Virus record (IMG/VR): IMGVR_UViG_3300020434_000055
Length of the DNA: 64,000 bases
Strand: one strand, 5' to 3'
Origin: a virus
Lineage: Duplodnaviria; Caudoviricetes
A program made the position numbers and the translations under genes. The notes beneath the pieces were generated by a model, which did no database searches, had not been told where the DNA came from, and saw nothing but the letters and a program-made list of their open reading frames with translations. Shown piece after piece: positions 54,543-64,000 of the stretch. The first letter of the stretch is position 1, and every line of letters begins with the position of its first letter.

Positions 54543-55197
54543 AGATACTTTAGCTATGGACTTGTGGTTTCCTACAATTGTATGGAACGACAACTTAAAA
54601 CACATCGATAATAAGATGTTAAATAATTATGTCTTAAATCTTAAAGAAAAAGATAAAGGACGAATTGTAACTAATTATGGTGGTTGGCAAAGTAACATGA
54701 TTAAAAGCAAAATTCACGAAGATTTATCACCAAGTGAAAATACTGATATAATAGAAAAATTTATTGAATCATTACAAAATGCAATTAACCAATGTGTTAA
54801 AATGGCAGGGTTAATGGATTTACAAATATGTGACTATTGGTGGAACATAAATTATAAAGGTGATTATAATAAACCACACCATCACAGTGATAGTATTTTA
54901 AGTGGTGTTTATTATATTGATATACCAGAAGACAATATGGGAGATATTCACTTTGAAAGAGAAGACCCAGCACAATATTTTCTTCCTAGATATATGCCTA
55001 CGCGAAATAAATTAACTTCTACTAGAGCTACGTATAAACCTAAAACAGGTGGTTTATTAATTTTTCCTAGTTGGGTTACGCATAGTGTAGATGGTAATAA
55101 AACAGATAAACCTAGAATATCAATGAGTTTTAATACAACTATTGCCCGAACACCTGCTAATGACGAACTAGCAAGAATGAATGGATTTAAAATATGA
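54520..55197 (+). CDS. 2OG-Fe(II) oxygenase, TIGR02466-like
   Basis: NKPHHHSDSILSGVYY, LLIFPSWVTHSV, RISMSFN. Confidence 0.85.
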   Translation: MMSEKKFKDTLAMDLWFPTIVWNDNLKHIDNKMLNNYVLNLKEKDKGRIVTNYGGWQSNMIKSKIHEDLSPSENTDIIEKFIESLQNAINQCVKMAGLMDLQICDYWWNINYKGDYNKPHHHSDSILSGVYYIDIPEDNMGDIHFEREDPAQYFLPRYMPTRNKLTSTRATYKPKTGGLLIFPSWVTHSVDGNKTDKPRISMSFNTTIARTPANDELARMNGFKI

Positions 55198-55448
55198 GAA
55201 ATCAATGGTACATTAAAATATATGCAATAACAATTATTGTTTTAGCATTGTTATTTTTTGCTTATAACTCAAATGCTGAAGATAAAAAACCTGGATTACA
55301 AGGGTGGGGTAATAAGTTATTTGAAGTATTAGACCAAGAAGTTCAAGACACTAAATCTTACCAAAAGAAACAATGGGAAAAGATGAAAAGACAGTTTAAA
55401 AATTTATTTAATAGAAGCGAAAAAGAGTGGAATGAATTAGATGAGTGA
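55194..55448 (+). CDS. Small secreted/membrane protein
   Basis: N-terminal hydrophobic helix. Confidence 0.6.
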   Translation: MRNQWYIKIYAITIIVLALLFFAYNSNAEDKKPGLQGWGNKLFEVLDQEVQDTKSYQKKQWEKMKRQFKNLFNRSEKEWNELDE

Positions 55449-55737
55449 AGACATTAAAACAAAATATGACAGACTAGAGCACCCAGCTTTTGGACGTAAA
55501 GAACCTAAGCCAATGACTTTAGAACAAGAAAAAGAAGAATGGGATTTTTGTATGGACCAAGCAGATCACGATACAATGTTAAGAAGAGAAATGGCAAGAA
55601 TTAGAAGAGAATGGGCACCTTGGAAAGAAAAAGATGTAACAGATACACATAAAGTTATCTATGAGGCAGAAAGAAGAGTTAAATTATTGCCTAAGAAAGA
55701 TATTAATAAACATAAGCCTGGTGCACATGAAATATAG
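55441..55737 (+). CDS. Hypothetical protein
   Basis: 98 aa, coupled to neighbours. Confidence 0.6.
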   Translation: MSEDIKTKYDRLEHPAFGRKEPKPMTLEQEKEEWDFCMDQADHDTMLRREMARIRREWAPWKEKDVTDTHKVIYEAERRVKLLPKKDINKHKPGAHEI

Positions 55738-55942
55738 GGCCAGTACACTTAAAAAATATCAACTATTATCAGATAAAATTAATGATGAGCAATGGAGTAC
55801 TCCTCGACTTAAAGAATTTTGGAAAAAAAATCGAAAATTTGAAAAATGGTTTAAGGAAAATGTTTTAGATGATTATTCAAAAGAGTCTGGTCATAGATTT
55901 TTTCCTTCAAAGTTTAGGGGAGAATATGGTGAAGGAAAATGA
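55727..55942 (+). CDS. Hypothetical protein
   Basis: Likely ATG 55727 (ORF track 55661). Confidence 0.5.
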   Translation: MKYRASTLKKYQLLSDKINDEQWSTPRLKEFWKKNRKFEKWFKENVLDDYSKESGHRFFPSKFRGEYGEGK

Positions 55943-56172
55943 ATGAATTAATATTTGGTATATTATTAATATTTGGATTAGGTATAATAGTTGGCTGGTA
56001 TATGTCTAATACAATAAACAAAACTAGATACGAAAGTATATTAAAAAATAGTGCAATGATGATGGGTATGACTAGAGAAGTTTGGGAAAGAATTATTAAA
56101 GCAAAAAGGATGGAACATGGCGTTCAAAAAAAGAATGTTCAACAAGACTCCGAGAAGAATACATCGGAATAA
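55939..56172 (+). CDS. Small membrane protein
   Basis: N-terminal TM, ATGA overlap. Confidence 0.6.
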   Translation: MNELIFGILLIFGLGIIVGWYMSNTINKTRYESILKNSAMMMGMTREVWERIIKAKRMEHGVQKKNVQQDSEKNTSE

Positions 56173-56251
56173 AGGTGGACGTAAAAAAGGAACAGTTTCC
56201 ATCAAACCTATCAAAATAAAAAAACCAAAACAATCGGTCTGGTTTCCTTAA
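56117..56251 (+). CDS. Possible 44-aa highly basic peptide (not in ORF track)
   Basis: MAFKKRMFNKTPRRIHRNKGGRKKG..VWFP*, fills otherwise empty gap. Confidence 0.45.
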   Translation: MAFKKRMFNKTPRRIHRNKGGRKKGTVSIKPIKIKKPKQSVWFP

Positions 56252-56293
56252 ATCACTATTTTTCTTTACTCAAGACTATATAAGAAATATAGC

Positions 56294-57115
56294 ATGACTG
56301 AAAAAACGGAAATTCAAAAACCCTCAATACAGGAACGAGTTGCAAAAAGAGTACAACAAATTGCTCAACCAATTGAACTATGGTTAGACAGATTAGTTGC
56401 AAAACCTGAAAAATTTAATCCTGAAAATTACAAATTACTAGATCATCTTAAAAAAGAAAAAACAAAAGGTCAACACGCAAGAAAACTTAAAGAATTATAT
56501 CAAGGACAATATGATGAAATCTTTTTTTATTATAAAGCAAAAAAGAAACCATTTGAAGAACTTAATGATGATGATCAACAGTTGGTAGAGTCATATAACG
56601 AATTTAGTAAAGAAGAACTTCAATTACACATTAAAACATACGAACATATATTCAAGGCTTGTGATTATATGATAGGTATAGCTAATGCTAATAGAAAATC
56701 AAGGAAAAGAAAACCTATTAGTAAAACAAAAGCAATTTCAAAATTAAAATATAAACGTGAAGATGACAGGCTAAAATTGATTAGTATAAATCCAGAAGAT
56801 ATAATAGGTTGTGAAGAACTATGGGTTTATAACACTAAAACTAGAAAACTAGGATACTATGTAACATCTACATTTGATCCAAGAGGTATGGAGCGAGAGG
56901 GCACTGGATTAGGTGTTAAAGGTACTTCGATATTTAGGTTTAATGAAGAAATTAGTGTACAAAAAACACTAAGAAAACCCCCAGAACAGCTTCCACACTT
57001 TATAAACGGTCCTAAGACTAAATTAAAAGAAGACCTTGATAATATTAAAGCAATGGGCTTAAAATTAAATGGACGTATTAATCCAGACGTTATATTACTT
57101 CGGGCTATTAGATAA
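56294..57115 (+). CDS. Conserved T4-like phage hypothetical protein
   Basis: LWVYNTKTRKLG.Y, GVKGTSI, QKTLRKP.EQL, LNGRIN. Confidence 0.7.
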   Translation: MTEKTEIQKPSIQERVAKRVQQIAQPIELWLDRLVAKPEKFNPENYKLLDHLKKEKTKGQHARKLKELYQGQYDEIFFYYKAKKKPFEELNDDDQQLVESYNEFSKEELQLHIKTYEHIFKACDYMIGIANANRKSRKRKPISKTKAISKLKYKREDDRLKLISINPEDIIGCEELWVYNTKTRKLGYYVTSTFDPRGMEREGTGLGVKGTSIFRFNEEISVQKTLRKPPEQLPHFINGPKTKLKEDLDNIKAMGLKLNGRINPDVILLRAIR

Positions 57116-57123
57116 ATAATTGC

Positions 57124-58002
57124 ATGAGTACAAAAGACGACATAATTCACATTAAAGCAGGACTAGTAACATTGGGTGATGCTATAGAAAAATTGACTGT
57201 TTCTGTAGATGATTCAGATGAAGTAGCTAATGTTAGCAAATCTATTAATTTTAAAGGTACTGCAGATAACTCTATATATGGCAAGGGCTTATCTTGGAGT
57301 GGCTATGGTAATAAAAAACAACTAAACTACCAAACCAATCCTGATAGACTATGGAGTAGCGACATTATAGACATTAATAAAGGCTCCCATTTTTCTGTAG
57401 ATAATACATTTGTATTAAGTGAAGTAGAATTAGGGCCAACAGTTAAAACTTCTAATCTTAAAAAAGTTGGTATATTAGAAGGATTAGCAGTTAACGGAAA
57501 TGTTAATTTTGACTCTTTTGTATTTTATGACTCAGGATTCAGTCGACTAGGAATAGGAACCGAACTTCCAAATGGACAATTATCGGTATCTTCTAACGAC
57601 GTAGAATTTAGAGTACAACCAAATGAAGACAACGCAGAAATAGGAACCTACACAACTGCATCATTGAGGATCCAAACAGATAACACAGATAGAATTACTA
57701 TAGGTGCTCATGGAGACGTTAAAATTGGAACACAAGGTGGTCAAACAACGTTAAATGTTTACGGCAAAGTTGGAATAGGCGTTACTAATCTTGATAACAA
57801 CATATCTTTAGACGTTGACGGTCCAATTAGATTTCAAAGTAAAAAATTCCAAACAGGTACTGAAGCACCAACAGAAGGTTCTCATTCCCAAGGAGATGTT
57901 ACTTGGAATAGCAATCCTACTCCAGGAAACGTTATGGGTTGGGTATGCGTTCAAACAGGAACACCTGGCTTATGGAAATCTTTCGGAAATATCGGAAATT
58001 AG
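57124..58002 (+). CDS. Putative virion/tail fibre protein
   Basis: LGIGT, VGIGV repeats, C-terminal G.V.WN..P..G..GWVC...GTPG.W..FG; TAAATA upstream. Confidence 0.65.
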   Translation: MSTKDDIIHIKAGLVTLGDAIEKLTVSVDDSDEVANVSKSINFKGTADNSIYGKGLSWSGYGNKKQLNYQTNPDRLWSSDIIDINKGSHFSVDNTFVLSEVELGPTVKTSNLKKVGILEGLAVNGNVNFDSFVFYDSGFSRLGIGTELPNGQLSVSSNDVEFRVQPNEDNAEIGTYTTASLRIQTDNTDRITIGAHGDVKIGTQGGQTTLNVYGKVGIGVTNLDNNISLDVDGPIRFQSKKFQTGTEAPTEGSHSQGDVTWNSNPTPGNVMGWVCVQTGTPGLWKSFGNIGN

Positions 58003-58316
58003 AAAATCAACTTAACTTTTGGAATTGGGTGGGCAGAATTGCTCCTCTAGTTGCTCTTGTTATTGTTATTTTTCTAATTACATTTCAATTTAACACATTA
58101 CTAGACTATACCATTGGTTTTATAAGCATTGCTTTCGCCTGTATTGCTTTTATATGGTGGTGGTGGGTAATTCAAACAATACATGATTTTTTAAAATTAA
58201 AAAATTATGCAAGTGGTAAATTTAAAGAAATTAAAAAAGAATTAGAAAGTATTAAAATAGATTTGCATAAATCAAAATCTATTAGAAAAAAAGAACACAA
58301 CAAACTTAAAAAATAA
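57939..58316 (+). CDS. Two-TM membrane protein with coiled tail
   Basis: Hydrophobic segments, WWWWV; start uncertain. Confidence 0.55.
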   Translation: MGMRSNRNTWLMEIFRKYRKLENQLNFWNWVGRIAPLVALVIVIFLITFQFNTLLDYTIGFISIAFACIAFIWWWWVIQTIHDFLKLKNYASGKFKEIKKELESIKIDLHKSKSIRKKEHNKLKK

Positions 58317-58318
58317 GT

Positions 58319-58837
58319 TTATGTGTTTAAAATTTCCTTAAGATATTCTTTATTCCAATAAGAATAGTAATCTGTTTTGCGTAAATTATCTCTTGCTTCT
58401 TCTAATTCTTTTCTTTTTTGACCTAATACAAAATTATATTTTCCATTATTTGTTTTTACTTTGTCTATATACGTTTTTCTTTCTCGATGATCGGGCAAAA
58501 ACACATAAGATGGATGTTCTTTATTAAGCAATTCACATAATTGATTTAATTGTGATATTGAAAAATCATTATTAAACATAAAAATTGTAACATCTTTTTT
58601 AATATGTTTTTCTTCAACAAAACGAAAACAGTTTTCTAAAATACTTTCATCACAAATAACCAAATTCCATACTGCTTTTTTGGCATAAGGGCAGACAGAA
58701 TGACCATTTAAACTTTCATTTACAACACCTAAATGTTGTATCCAATCCTCTATATGGCTGTAAATACGTTGAGTCATTATAATAACGATATTTAATATGG
58801 TAGTAATAGGAAACGGCGAAAGTAGAAAACTAATCAA
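58319..58837 (-). CDS. Hypothetical protein (DUF1415-like CPYAK motif)
   Basis: WI..L......VCPYAKKA; true start probably downstream of track start. Confidence 0.55.
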   Translation of the reverse strand: MISFLLSPFPITTILNIVIIMTQRIYSHIEDWIQHLGVVNESLNGHSVCPYAKKAVWNLVICDESILENCFRFVEEKHIKKDVTIFMFNNDFSISQLNQLCELLNKEHPSYVFLPDHRERKTYIDKVKTNNGKYNFVLGQKRKELEEARDNLRKTDYYSYWNKEYLKEILNT

Positions 58838-59381
58838 TCTAAGTGAAATTAAATCTGAAACGATTGGCTGTAATGCTATCTTTAGAGATTGTATAGTTGA
58901 TCATTTGGTTTGTGTTGATCGAAGAACACTTAAAGAAGCAATTAATCACGAAAATACTAAACATACAATGATATACACTAGGCCCGATTGGCTTAATATG
59001 TATACAAGTGTTTTTGAAGTACCAGAACTATTTTATGAAGGAAAAGAAAGACCCGATCAACCTATGCATTGGGGCAGTGGACAATTTGCTCTTTTAGTTG
59101 CAATTGACAATTGTAATAGTGAAAATATAGATATTATAGGATTTGACCTTTATGGAAATGACAATAAAATTAATAACATTTATAAAGGAACCAAAAGCTA
59201 TGAAAATGATAATTCACACGCCGTAGATCCTCGTTATTGGATATATCAAAATAAAAAAATATTTGAGTATTTTTCTAAATTTACCTTCAATTACTACGTA
59301 AATAATAGTTTTAAAGTACCTGATAGTTGGACAGGTCTTAAAAATCTTAAAATTAAGGACATTAAAAAATATGAGTACTAG
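58797..59381 (+). CDS. DUF115/MptE-like or glycosyltransferase-associated protein
   Basis: VIGNGESR, GCNAI, LVCVD, SG, IIGFDLYG. Confidence 0.65.
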   Translation: MVVIGNGESRKLINLSEIKSETIGCNAIFRDCIVDHLVCVDRRTLKEAINHENTKHTMIYTRPDWLNMYTSVFEVPELFYEGKERPDQPMHWGSGQFALLVAIDNCNSENIDIIGFDLYGNDNKINNIYKGTKSYENDNSHAVDPRYWIYQNKKIFEYFSKFTFNYYVNNSFKVPDSWTGLKNLKIKDIKKYEY

Positions 59382-60087
59382 ATACGTTGTTTGTCTTAAA
59401 CATGGATTTAAGTATGGCCCTGAATATGTAAACATTTTAGCTAAAATGGTTAAAAGAAACTGTACTCTTCCTTATGAATTTGTTTGTTATACTGAAAACA
59501 CACATGGTATAGACAAAAATGGTATAACAATTTTACCATTACCTACTGCGTATCCAATGATTTCTGGATGGTGGTATAAACCTTTGTTATTCAATCCTTG
59601 GCAAAAACAATTAAATGGCACAATTCTTTATATTGATTTAGATGTAATTATATTTAGAAATATAGATAAACTTTTTACATATAAAGAAGGATCTTTTTGT
59701 GTAATAAAAGATTTTAATAGATCCACCAATCCTGATTGGACTAGAATGAATTCTAGTGTAGTTAGATGGCAACCAGGACAACAGTCTCAAGTATATACAG
59801 AATTTATAAAAGACCCAGGTCATACAGCACGAAGATTTCACGGAGATCAAGATTGGTTGTATGCTAATGTAAAAAAAGATTTTGAATTTTGGCCTGATGA
59901 ATGGATCCAAAGTTATAAATGGGAAATGAGAAATAGACCGCCTATGGTTAGACAGCCAAATGGTATTAGGAATTTTAAATCACCCGGAGTTCCTATAATA
60001 AAAGAAAATACAAGTATTGCTGTTTTTCACGGTGACCCTAATCCTAAAGTATGTTGTGACCCATGGTGTAAAGAAAATTGGAAGTAA
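59371..60087 (+). CDS. GT-A glycosyltransferase-like protein
   Basis: C.K.G.KYG.EYVN, LYIDLDV (DxD), NSSV, GDQDWL, FHG.P.P. Confidence 0.8.
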   Translation: MSTRYVVCLKHGFKYGPEYVNILAKMVKRNCTLPYEFVCYTENTHGIDKNGITILPLPTAYPMISGWWYKPLLFNPWQKQLNGTILYIDLDVIIFRNIDKLFTYKEGSFCVIKDFNRSTNPDWTRMNSSVVRWQPGQQSQVYTEFIKDPGHTARRFHGDQDWLYANVKKDFEFWPDEWIQSYKWEMRNRPPMVRQPNGIRNFKSPGVPIIKENTSIAVFHGDPNPKVCCDPWCKENWK

Positions 60088-60272
60088 TTAGTTTAAAAGA
60101 ATTGTTTGAAGTAATACATTGGTGTAATACCATTTCAGAAACTACAGTATTACCAATGAATGTAGTAGAATATTGTTCTGCTGTTCACACATATACTCTT
60201 GGTGAACATTTTGACAATAATTTTGAAAATTTTAAAACCATGTATCAAACATATATAGGAAACCTACAATGA
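60078..60272 (+). CDS. Hypothetical protein
   Basis: 64-aa ORF. Confidence 0.4.
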   Translation: MEVISLKELFEVIHWCNTISETTVLPMNVVEYCSAVHTYTLGEHFDNNFENFKTMYQTYIGNLQ

Positions 60273-60478
60273 TAATACGAAAATTGATACTCGTCATTTG
60301 TTTTTTTGTTCTTATAAGCAGTTGTGTTAGAGGAAATCATACGTTAACCTCAGTATGTTATAAAGAAAAATATCATACGTTACTATTAGATGGAGCAAGA
60401 ACTGTTAAAAGAATAGTTGATGATGAATGCTATAAAAAGGAAGAAGTCCTACGTTGGAAGTGGCATAAACAATTTTAA
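60269..60478 (+). CDS. Small lipoprotein-like hypothetical
   Basis: Hydrophobic N-terminus with ISSC lipobox-like motif. Confidence 0.5.
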   Translation: MIIRKLILVICFFVLISSCVRGNHTLTSVCYKEKYHTLLLDGARTVKRIVDDECYKKEEVLRWKWHKQF

Positions 60479-60495
60479 TAATACCAAAATAGTTC

Positions 60496-60732
60496 TTGAT
60501 TATTAATTTAAAATATTATATAATCATTGAAATGATAGACACATATATTACCAAAATTAAAAATTGGATAGGCCATAGGCTAAAAGAAAGAACTACTGCT
60601 GATGGTATAGTTCTTATCGTAGCAGGTATTGTTTACTTAATTTTTAAACCTATAGCAAGTTTAGTGGCTTATGCCGCTATTTTCTATGGTGGTTGGACAA
60701 TTTATAAAAAAGAAAATAAATCCGACAATTAA
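60496..60732 (+). CDS. Small two-TM protein
   Basis: ERTTADGIVLIV..; start possibly further downstream. Confidence 0.6.
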   Translation: MIINLKYYIIIEMIDTYITKIKNWIGHRLKERTTADGIVLIVAGIVYLIFKPIASLVAYAAIFYGGWTIYKKENKSDN

Positions 60733-61016
60733 AAATCACTTACTCGCTTTGTACTAGATACAGGCATATCTAAGAGTTTTCTTTGTTTAACACCTTGTTG
60801 TTGAGCAAACTTTTTAGGATCACATTTAGCACATACGTGCTTATAAAAATCTGTTAATCTCTTTACTTCAATACTACCTCTAGGTCTGATAAATTTTTCA
60901 GAGCAAGAATCACATTTAAAAATGTAAAGGGTTTGTACCCTTTTACATTTGTGTTTTTTACCTAATTTGCTGGTCCTTTCAGACCAAGTAGTTTTTTTCT
61001 CTTCACCAATAAACAT
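60729..61016 (-). CDS. Zn-ribbon hypothetical protein
   Basis: CDSC..F.R and HVCAKC. Confidence 0.7.
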   Translation of the reverse strand: MFIGEEKKTTWSERTSKLGKKHKCKRVQTLYIFKCDSCSEKFIRPRGSIEVKRLTDFYKHVCAKCDPKKFAQQQGVKQRKLLDMPVSSTKRVSDF

Positions 61017-61080
61017 ATAATTTTATTTACATTAGGATTAATGGATTTACCATAAATAGTGTTAACAGGAAACATTAAAG

Positions 61081-61437
61081 ATGGCGATATTAACACTTAC
61101 AGACTCGGCAAAGCAAAAAATTAAAGAACTTTGTACAGAAAATAGCAAATATGCTGTGAGATTAGGAATTAAAGGCGGCGGATGTGCTGGTTTTTCCTAT
61201 GATTGGGGATTTGCAAATCAAGACCAAATAGAAACAAATGATGAATTAATTCAAGTAGATGGTGGAAATCTATTAATAGATTCTGGTAGTATAATGTTTC
61301 TACTTGGTTCAGAATTAAGCTACGTAAAAGAAGTATTTGGTTCACAATTTAATATTACAAGTCCTAAAGTAAAATCGTCATGTGGTTGTGGAGAAAGTGT
61401 AACTTTTGATATGGATAAGGTAACTGTAGATGTCTAA
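61081..61437 (+). CDS. iscA: HesB/IscA Fe-S cluster assembly protein
   Basis: LTLTDSA, GIKGGGCAGFSY, F...P...SCGCGES. Confidence 0.92.
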   Translation: MAILTLTDSAKQKIKELCTENSKYAVRLGIKGGGCAGFSYDWGFANQDQIETNDELIQVDGGNLLIDSGSIMFLLGSELSYVKEVFGSQFNITSPKVKSSCGCGESVTFDMDKVTVDV

Positions 61438-64000
61438 ACAGATTATTAATATAGGTATAGAAGGTAATGACGGTACGGGTGATGCGATAAGAGACGCATT
61501 TCGTAAAGCCAATGAAAACTTCACAGAATTATATGCAGTATTTGGTCAAGGTGGTCAAATTACTTTTTCTGCATTAAGTGATACACCTGCCTCACTAGGT
61601 TCTAAAAAAATCCCAATATCTAACGATGCCGGTAACGCCATCGAAATGAGAACAATAACAGGTGGCACAGGAATAGCTGTTGACTTAACAACAAATTCCG
61701 ATGCTATTATTTTAAACAGTACAGGAACCACAGTTGATTCTGACGCTACACCAGGATTAGGCGGTCCACTTAATGGTAATACTTTTCCTATAGGAAATAT
61801 ATCCATTACTGATCAAGCAGTAATAGATTACAATACAGCCCACGGGGCAAATATATCTATAGATGATCTTGTAATTAATAAAAAATATGCAGATCAAAGA
61901 TATTTAAAAGTTTCAGGAGGTCCTAGTGGAGCATCAGGACAACTTAGAGTTAGAAATGAACCTACAGACGGTTCAGAATATACATTAACAATAACTGCTT
62001 TTAATAATGGTGACCCTACAATAACTAATCACGGATTTGACGCAGGTTCAAATGGTTTAGCTTTCATTTATAATTCTACGGCAACTGATGCAGTAAATTT
62101 AGTATCAGAGTCTATTTACTACATTAGATACATTGATGTTAATACTTTATCTCTTCACGCCAGTGTAGCAGAAGCTACAAATGATGATGACAGTACAAGA
62201 GTTAAAATTTCTGCTAGTGGTGGTTCAGGAACTCAAACACTTGCTGATAATGAATACGATAGTACGTTAACAGGTAATTGGTTAAGTTCAGAAGCTCTTC
62301 CTAGAAAAGCTATAGTTCGAAGACAAGGCGATACTATGGAAGGAATACTTAATTTATTTGACCATCCAGGAGCAATGGCTGGATTAGGAAGAACATATCC
62401 AGATGCTTACGCAAATATAGTTGCAAATAGAGAATTTTTAGCAGACGAAGTAATGGCTTGGTTTGATACTGCTTATCCAAATGCTCACAATCAACTTTTT
62501 AGTGTATCAGCCGCAACATACTCTCCTGCATCAGGAGTAATGGAATTAACTGTTGGGTCACACACTTTACAAGCTGGTACTACTATTAAGATTGACGCAA
62601 ATAGTTTAACATTTACTTGTGCTTTAGATAGTCATGCAACAAATCATACCTATCCAAGAGCAACTGGATCATCTGCACCAGGCGGATATGATCCTGTTTA
62701 CAATACAGCAATTGCAATTACTGGAGTAACAGCAACAACAATTACTGTAAATGTTGGTATATCAAGTGATACGTCAGCACATACATTTGTAAGTGCTACT
62801 TCTAATTGTATATCTACTGAACGTCATGAAAAATGTGAACGTGATACAAAATTTAATATTGATGCAATTGCACATGACGTAAAACATGGAGGTAATGCAG
62901 AAATAATTAGAGTATCAAAATATTATTGGGAAGGTGCATCATCACAACTTGCCGCTGGCGAAATAAATTATGCTATTCTAATTAATAATAAATTAAGAGA
63001 TTTTATTAATACTAATATTATACCTAATGTTGCACTTTCTACAAATCAAAATCCAGTAGTTACTACACAAACTACTACAACTAAAAATGGAGAAGCAGGA
63101 GCTGATACAAAAGTAACTTCGTTAGTTGCAACTATTAATAATATTACTGAAAACGGTTTAGATGTCATACCAACACCAACACCTGCAGTAGATGTCGGTG
63201 ATTTACAGGCGGCAACAAAAAAATATGTTGATTCAGCAGTTACACATTCAGCAACTAATTTATTTGTAAACACCAAAGGTGACGATTCAATGGAAGGGAT
63301 ACCTCAAGACAAATGGGGTAGAACTTTAGGTACTGCTTATGCTACAATAGGTGCCGCGGCGGCTAGAGCAGAAGAAATAATGAATACTACTCCTTTTGAA
63401 CCAGGTCCTTGGAGACAAGTTATTACATATAATAATGGTGCTAATGATTCTACAATAACATCTTCCGGTGTTGACAATAGTAGCGGTTATGGTGATGTAA
63501 AATTATTAATTGATGCTAATAGACAATTTATAATTGAAGAAGCAGTTGCAAGTACAGAGGCATCATATCCTACTCACGTAAATTTTGGAACTTTATGTAG
63601 AAGAGATTTAGGTTATGCTCTTGATGGATTAATTATAGATATAATAAATGGATTAAATGCTAATTACCAAGCAATTTTAGTAGGGCAAAGATTTTATAAC
63701 AGTAATAGTGGATTGTATGCAATTACTACACAAAAAGATCAAACATTACACGCAATAGGTTATGCTAAACAACTTGTAAATTATATTTTAACTAATACAT
63801 CACCAGGTAGTTTATTCCAAACAGATTATACTCAAACAATTAATAATTCTTGGACTGTAGATGCTAATGGATTAGCTTCTGCTCAAGCAAAATTTACAAT
63901 TATAGAAAATATTGTTACTAATGGTTTAAGTGTTTCTCCTGCTCTTGTTGATGGTAGTACTTGGGAAATTAAACTTGACAATGGTGGCACAGGTAACGTA
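61430..64000 (+). CDS. Large virion structural protein (baseplate/tail fibre-like), 3' truncated; not in ORF track
   Basis: MSKQIINIGIEGNDGTGDAIRDAFRKANENFTELYA (gp9/10-like N-terminus); reads through to window end. Confidence 0.8.
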   Translation, partial: MSKQIINIGIEGNDGTGDAIRDAFRKANENFTELYAVFGQGGQITFSALSDTPASLGSKKIPISNDAGNAIEMRTITGGTGIAVDLTTNSDAIILNSTGTTVDSDATPGLGGPLNGNTFPIGNISITDQAVIDYNTAHGANISIDDLVINKKYADQRYLKVSGGPSGASGQLRVRNEPTDGSEYTLTITAFNNGDPTITNHGFDAGSNGLAFIYNSTATDAVNLVSESIYYIRYIDVNTLSLHASVAEATNDDDSTRVKISASGGSGTQTLADNEYDSTLTGNWLSSEALPRKAIVRRQGDTMEGILNLFDHPGAMAGLGRTYPDAYANIVANREFLADEVMAWFDTAYPNAHNQLFSVSAATYSPASGVMELTVGSHTLQAGTTIKIDANSLTFTCALDSHATNHTYPRATGSSAPGGYDPVYNTAIAITGVTATTITVNVGISSDTSAHTFVSATSNCISTERHEKCERDTKFNIDAIAHDVKHGGNAEIIRVSKYYWEGASSQLAAGEINYAILINNKLRDFINTNIIPNVALSTNQNPVVTTQTTTTKNGEAGADTKVTSLVATINNITENGLDVIPTPTPAVDVGDLQAATKKYVDSAVTHSATNLFVNTKGDDSMEGIPQDKWGRTLGTAYATIGAAAARAEEIMNTTPFEPGPWRQVITYNNGANDSTITSSGVDNSSGYGDVKLLIDANRQFIIEEAVASTEASYPTHVNFGTLCRRDLGYALDGLIIDIINGLNANYQAILVGQRFYNSNSGLYAITTQKDQTLHAIGYAKQLVNYILTNTSPGSLFQTDYTQTINNSWTVDANGLASAQAKFTIIENIVTNGLSVSPALVDGSTWEIKLDNGGTGNV

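Noticed and set aside
648-63276. Numerous antisense/alternate-frame ORFs in the track (e.g. 648-950, 2561-2815, 4682-5029, 24989-25390, 41013-41387, 61555-61806, 63046-63276)
   Set aside because: They overlap well-supported genes, lack SD/promoters and have shadow-like composition.

Overview
This AT-rich, densely coding window comes from a large lytic tailed-phage genome, T4-like or jumbo-like and probably marine. The phage call rests on class Ia nrdAB, an ATP-dependent DNA ligase, virion/baseplate-type proteins, T4-late-like TAAATA promoters and sigma70-like early promoters. An alphaproteobacterial host is inferred from the Shemin-type ALA synthase, the two-piece tmRNA with a GGCAGUA T-loop, and HemO/PcyX. 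Main content: (i) heme and bilin genes (hemA, hemC; heme oxygenase plus PcyX-like reductase); (ii) a ~14 kb envelope module (FecR-cadherin protein, TolC, NBD-less ABC membrane domain, hairpin-less HlyD, second FecR protein, curlin-like subunit, CsgG, CsgF, CHASE2 adenylate cyclase); (iii) a head/structural block with shared N-terminal motifs, repeated RNA hairpins and a candidate -1 frameshift; (iv) Fe-S and metal genes, including an unannotated metallothionein-like peptide; (v) translation and proteostasis genes (tmRNA, CspA, bS21, Hsp20 with a ROSE-like leader, ClpS); (vi) a lysine-catabolism pair; (vii) glycosyltransferases and a tail protein running off the right edge. No CRISPR array, tRNA, rRNA or IS element was seen. 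All family assignments are motif recognition by eye; no database searches were run.
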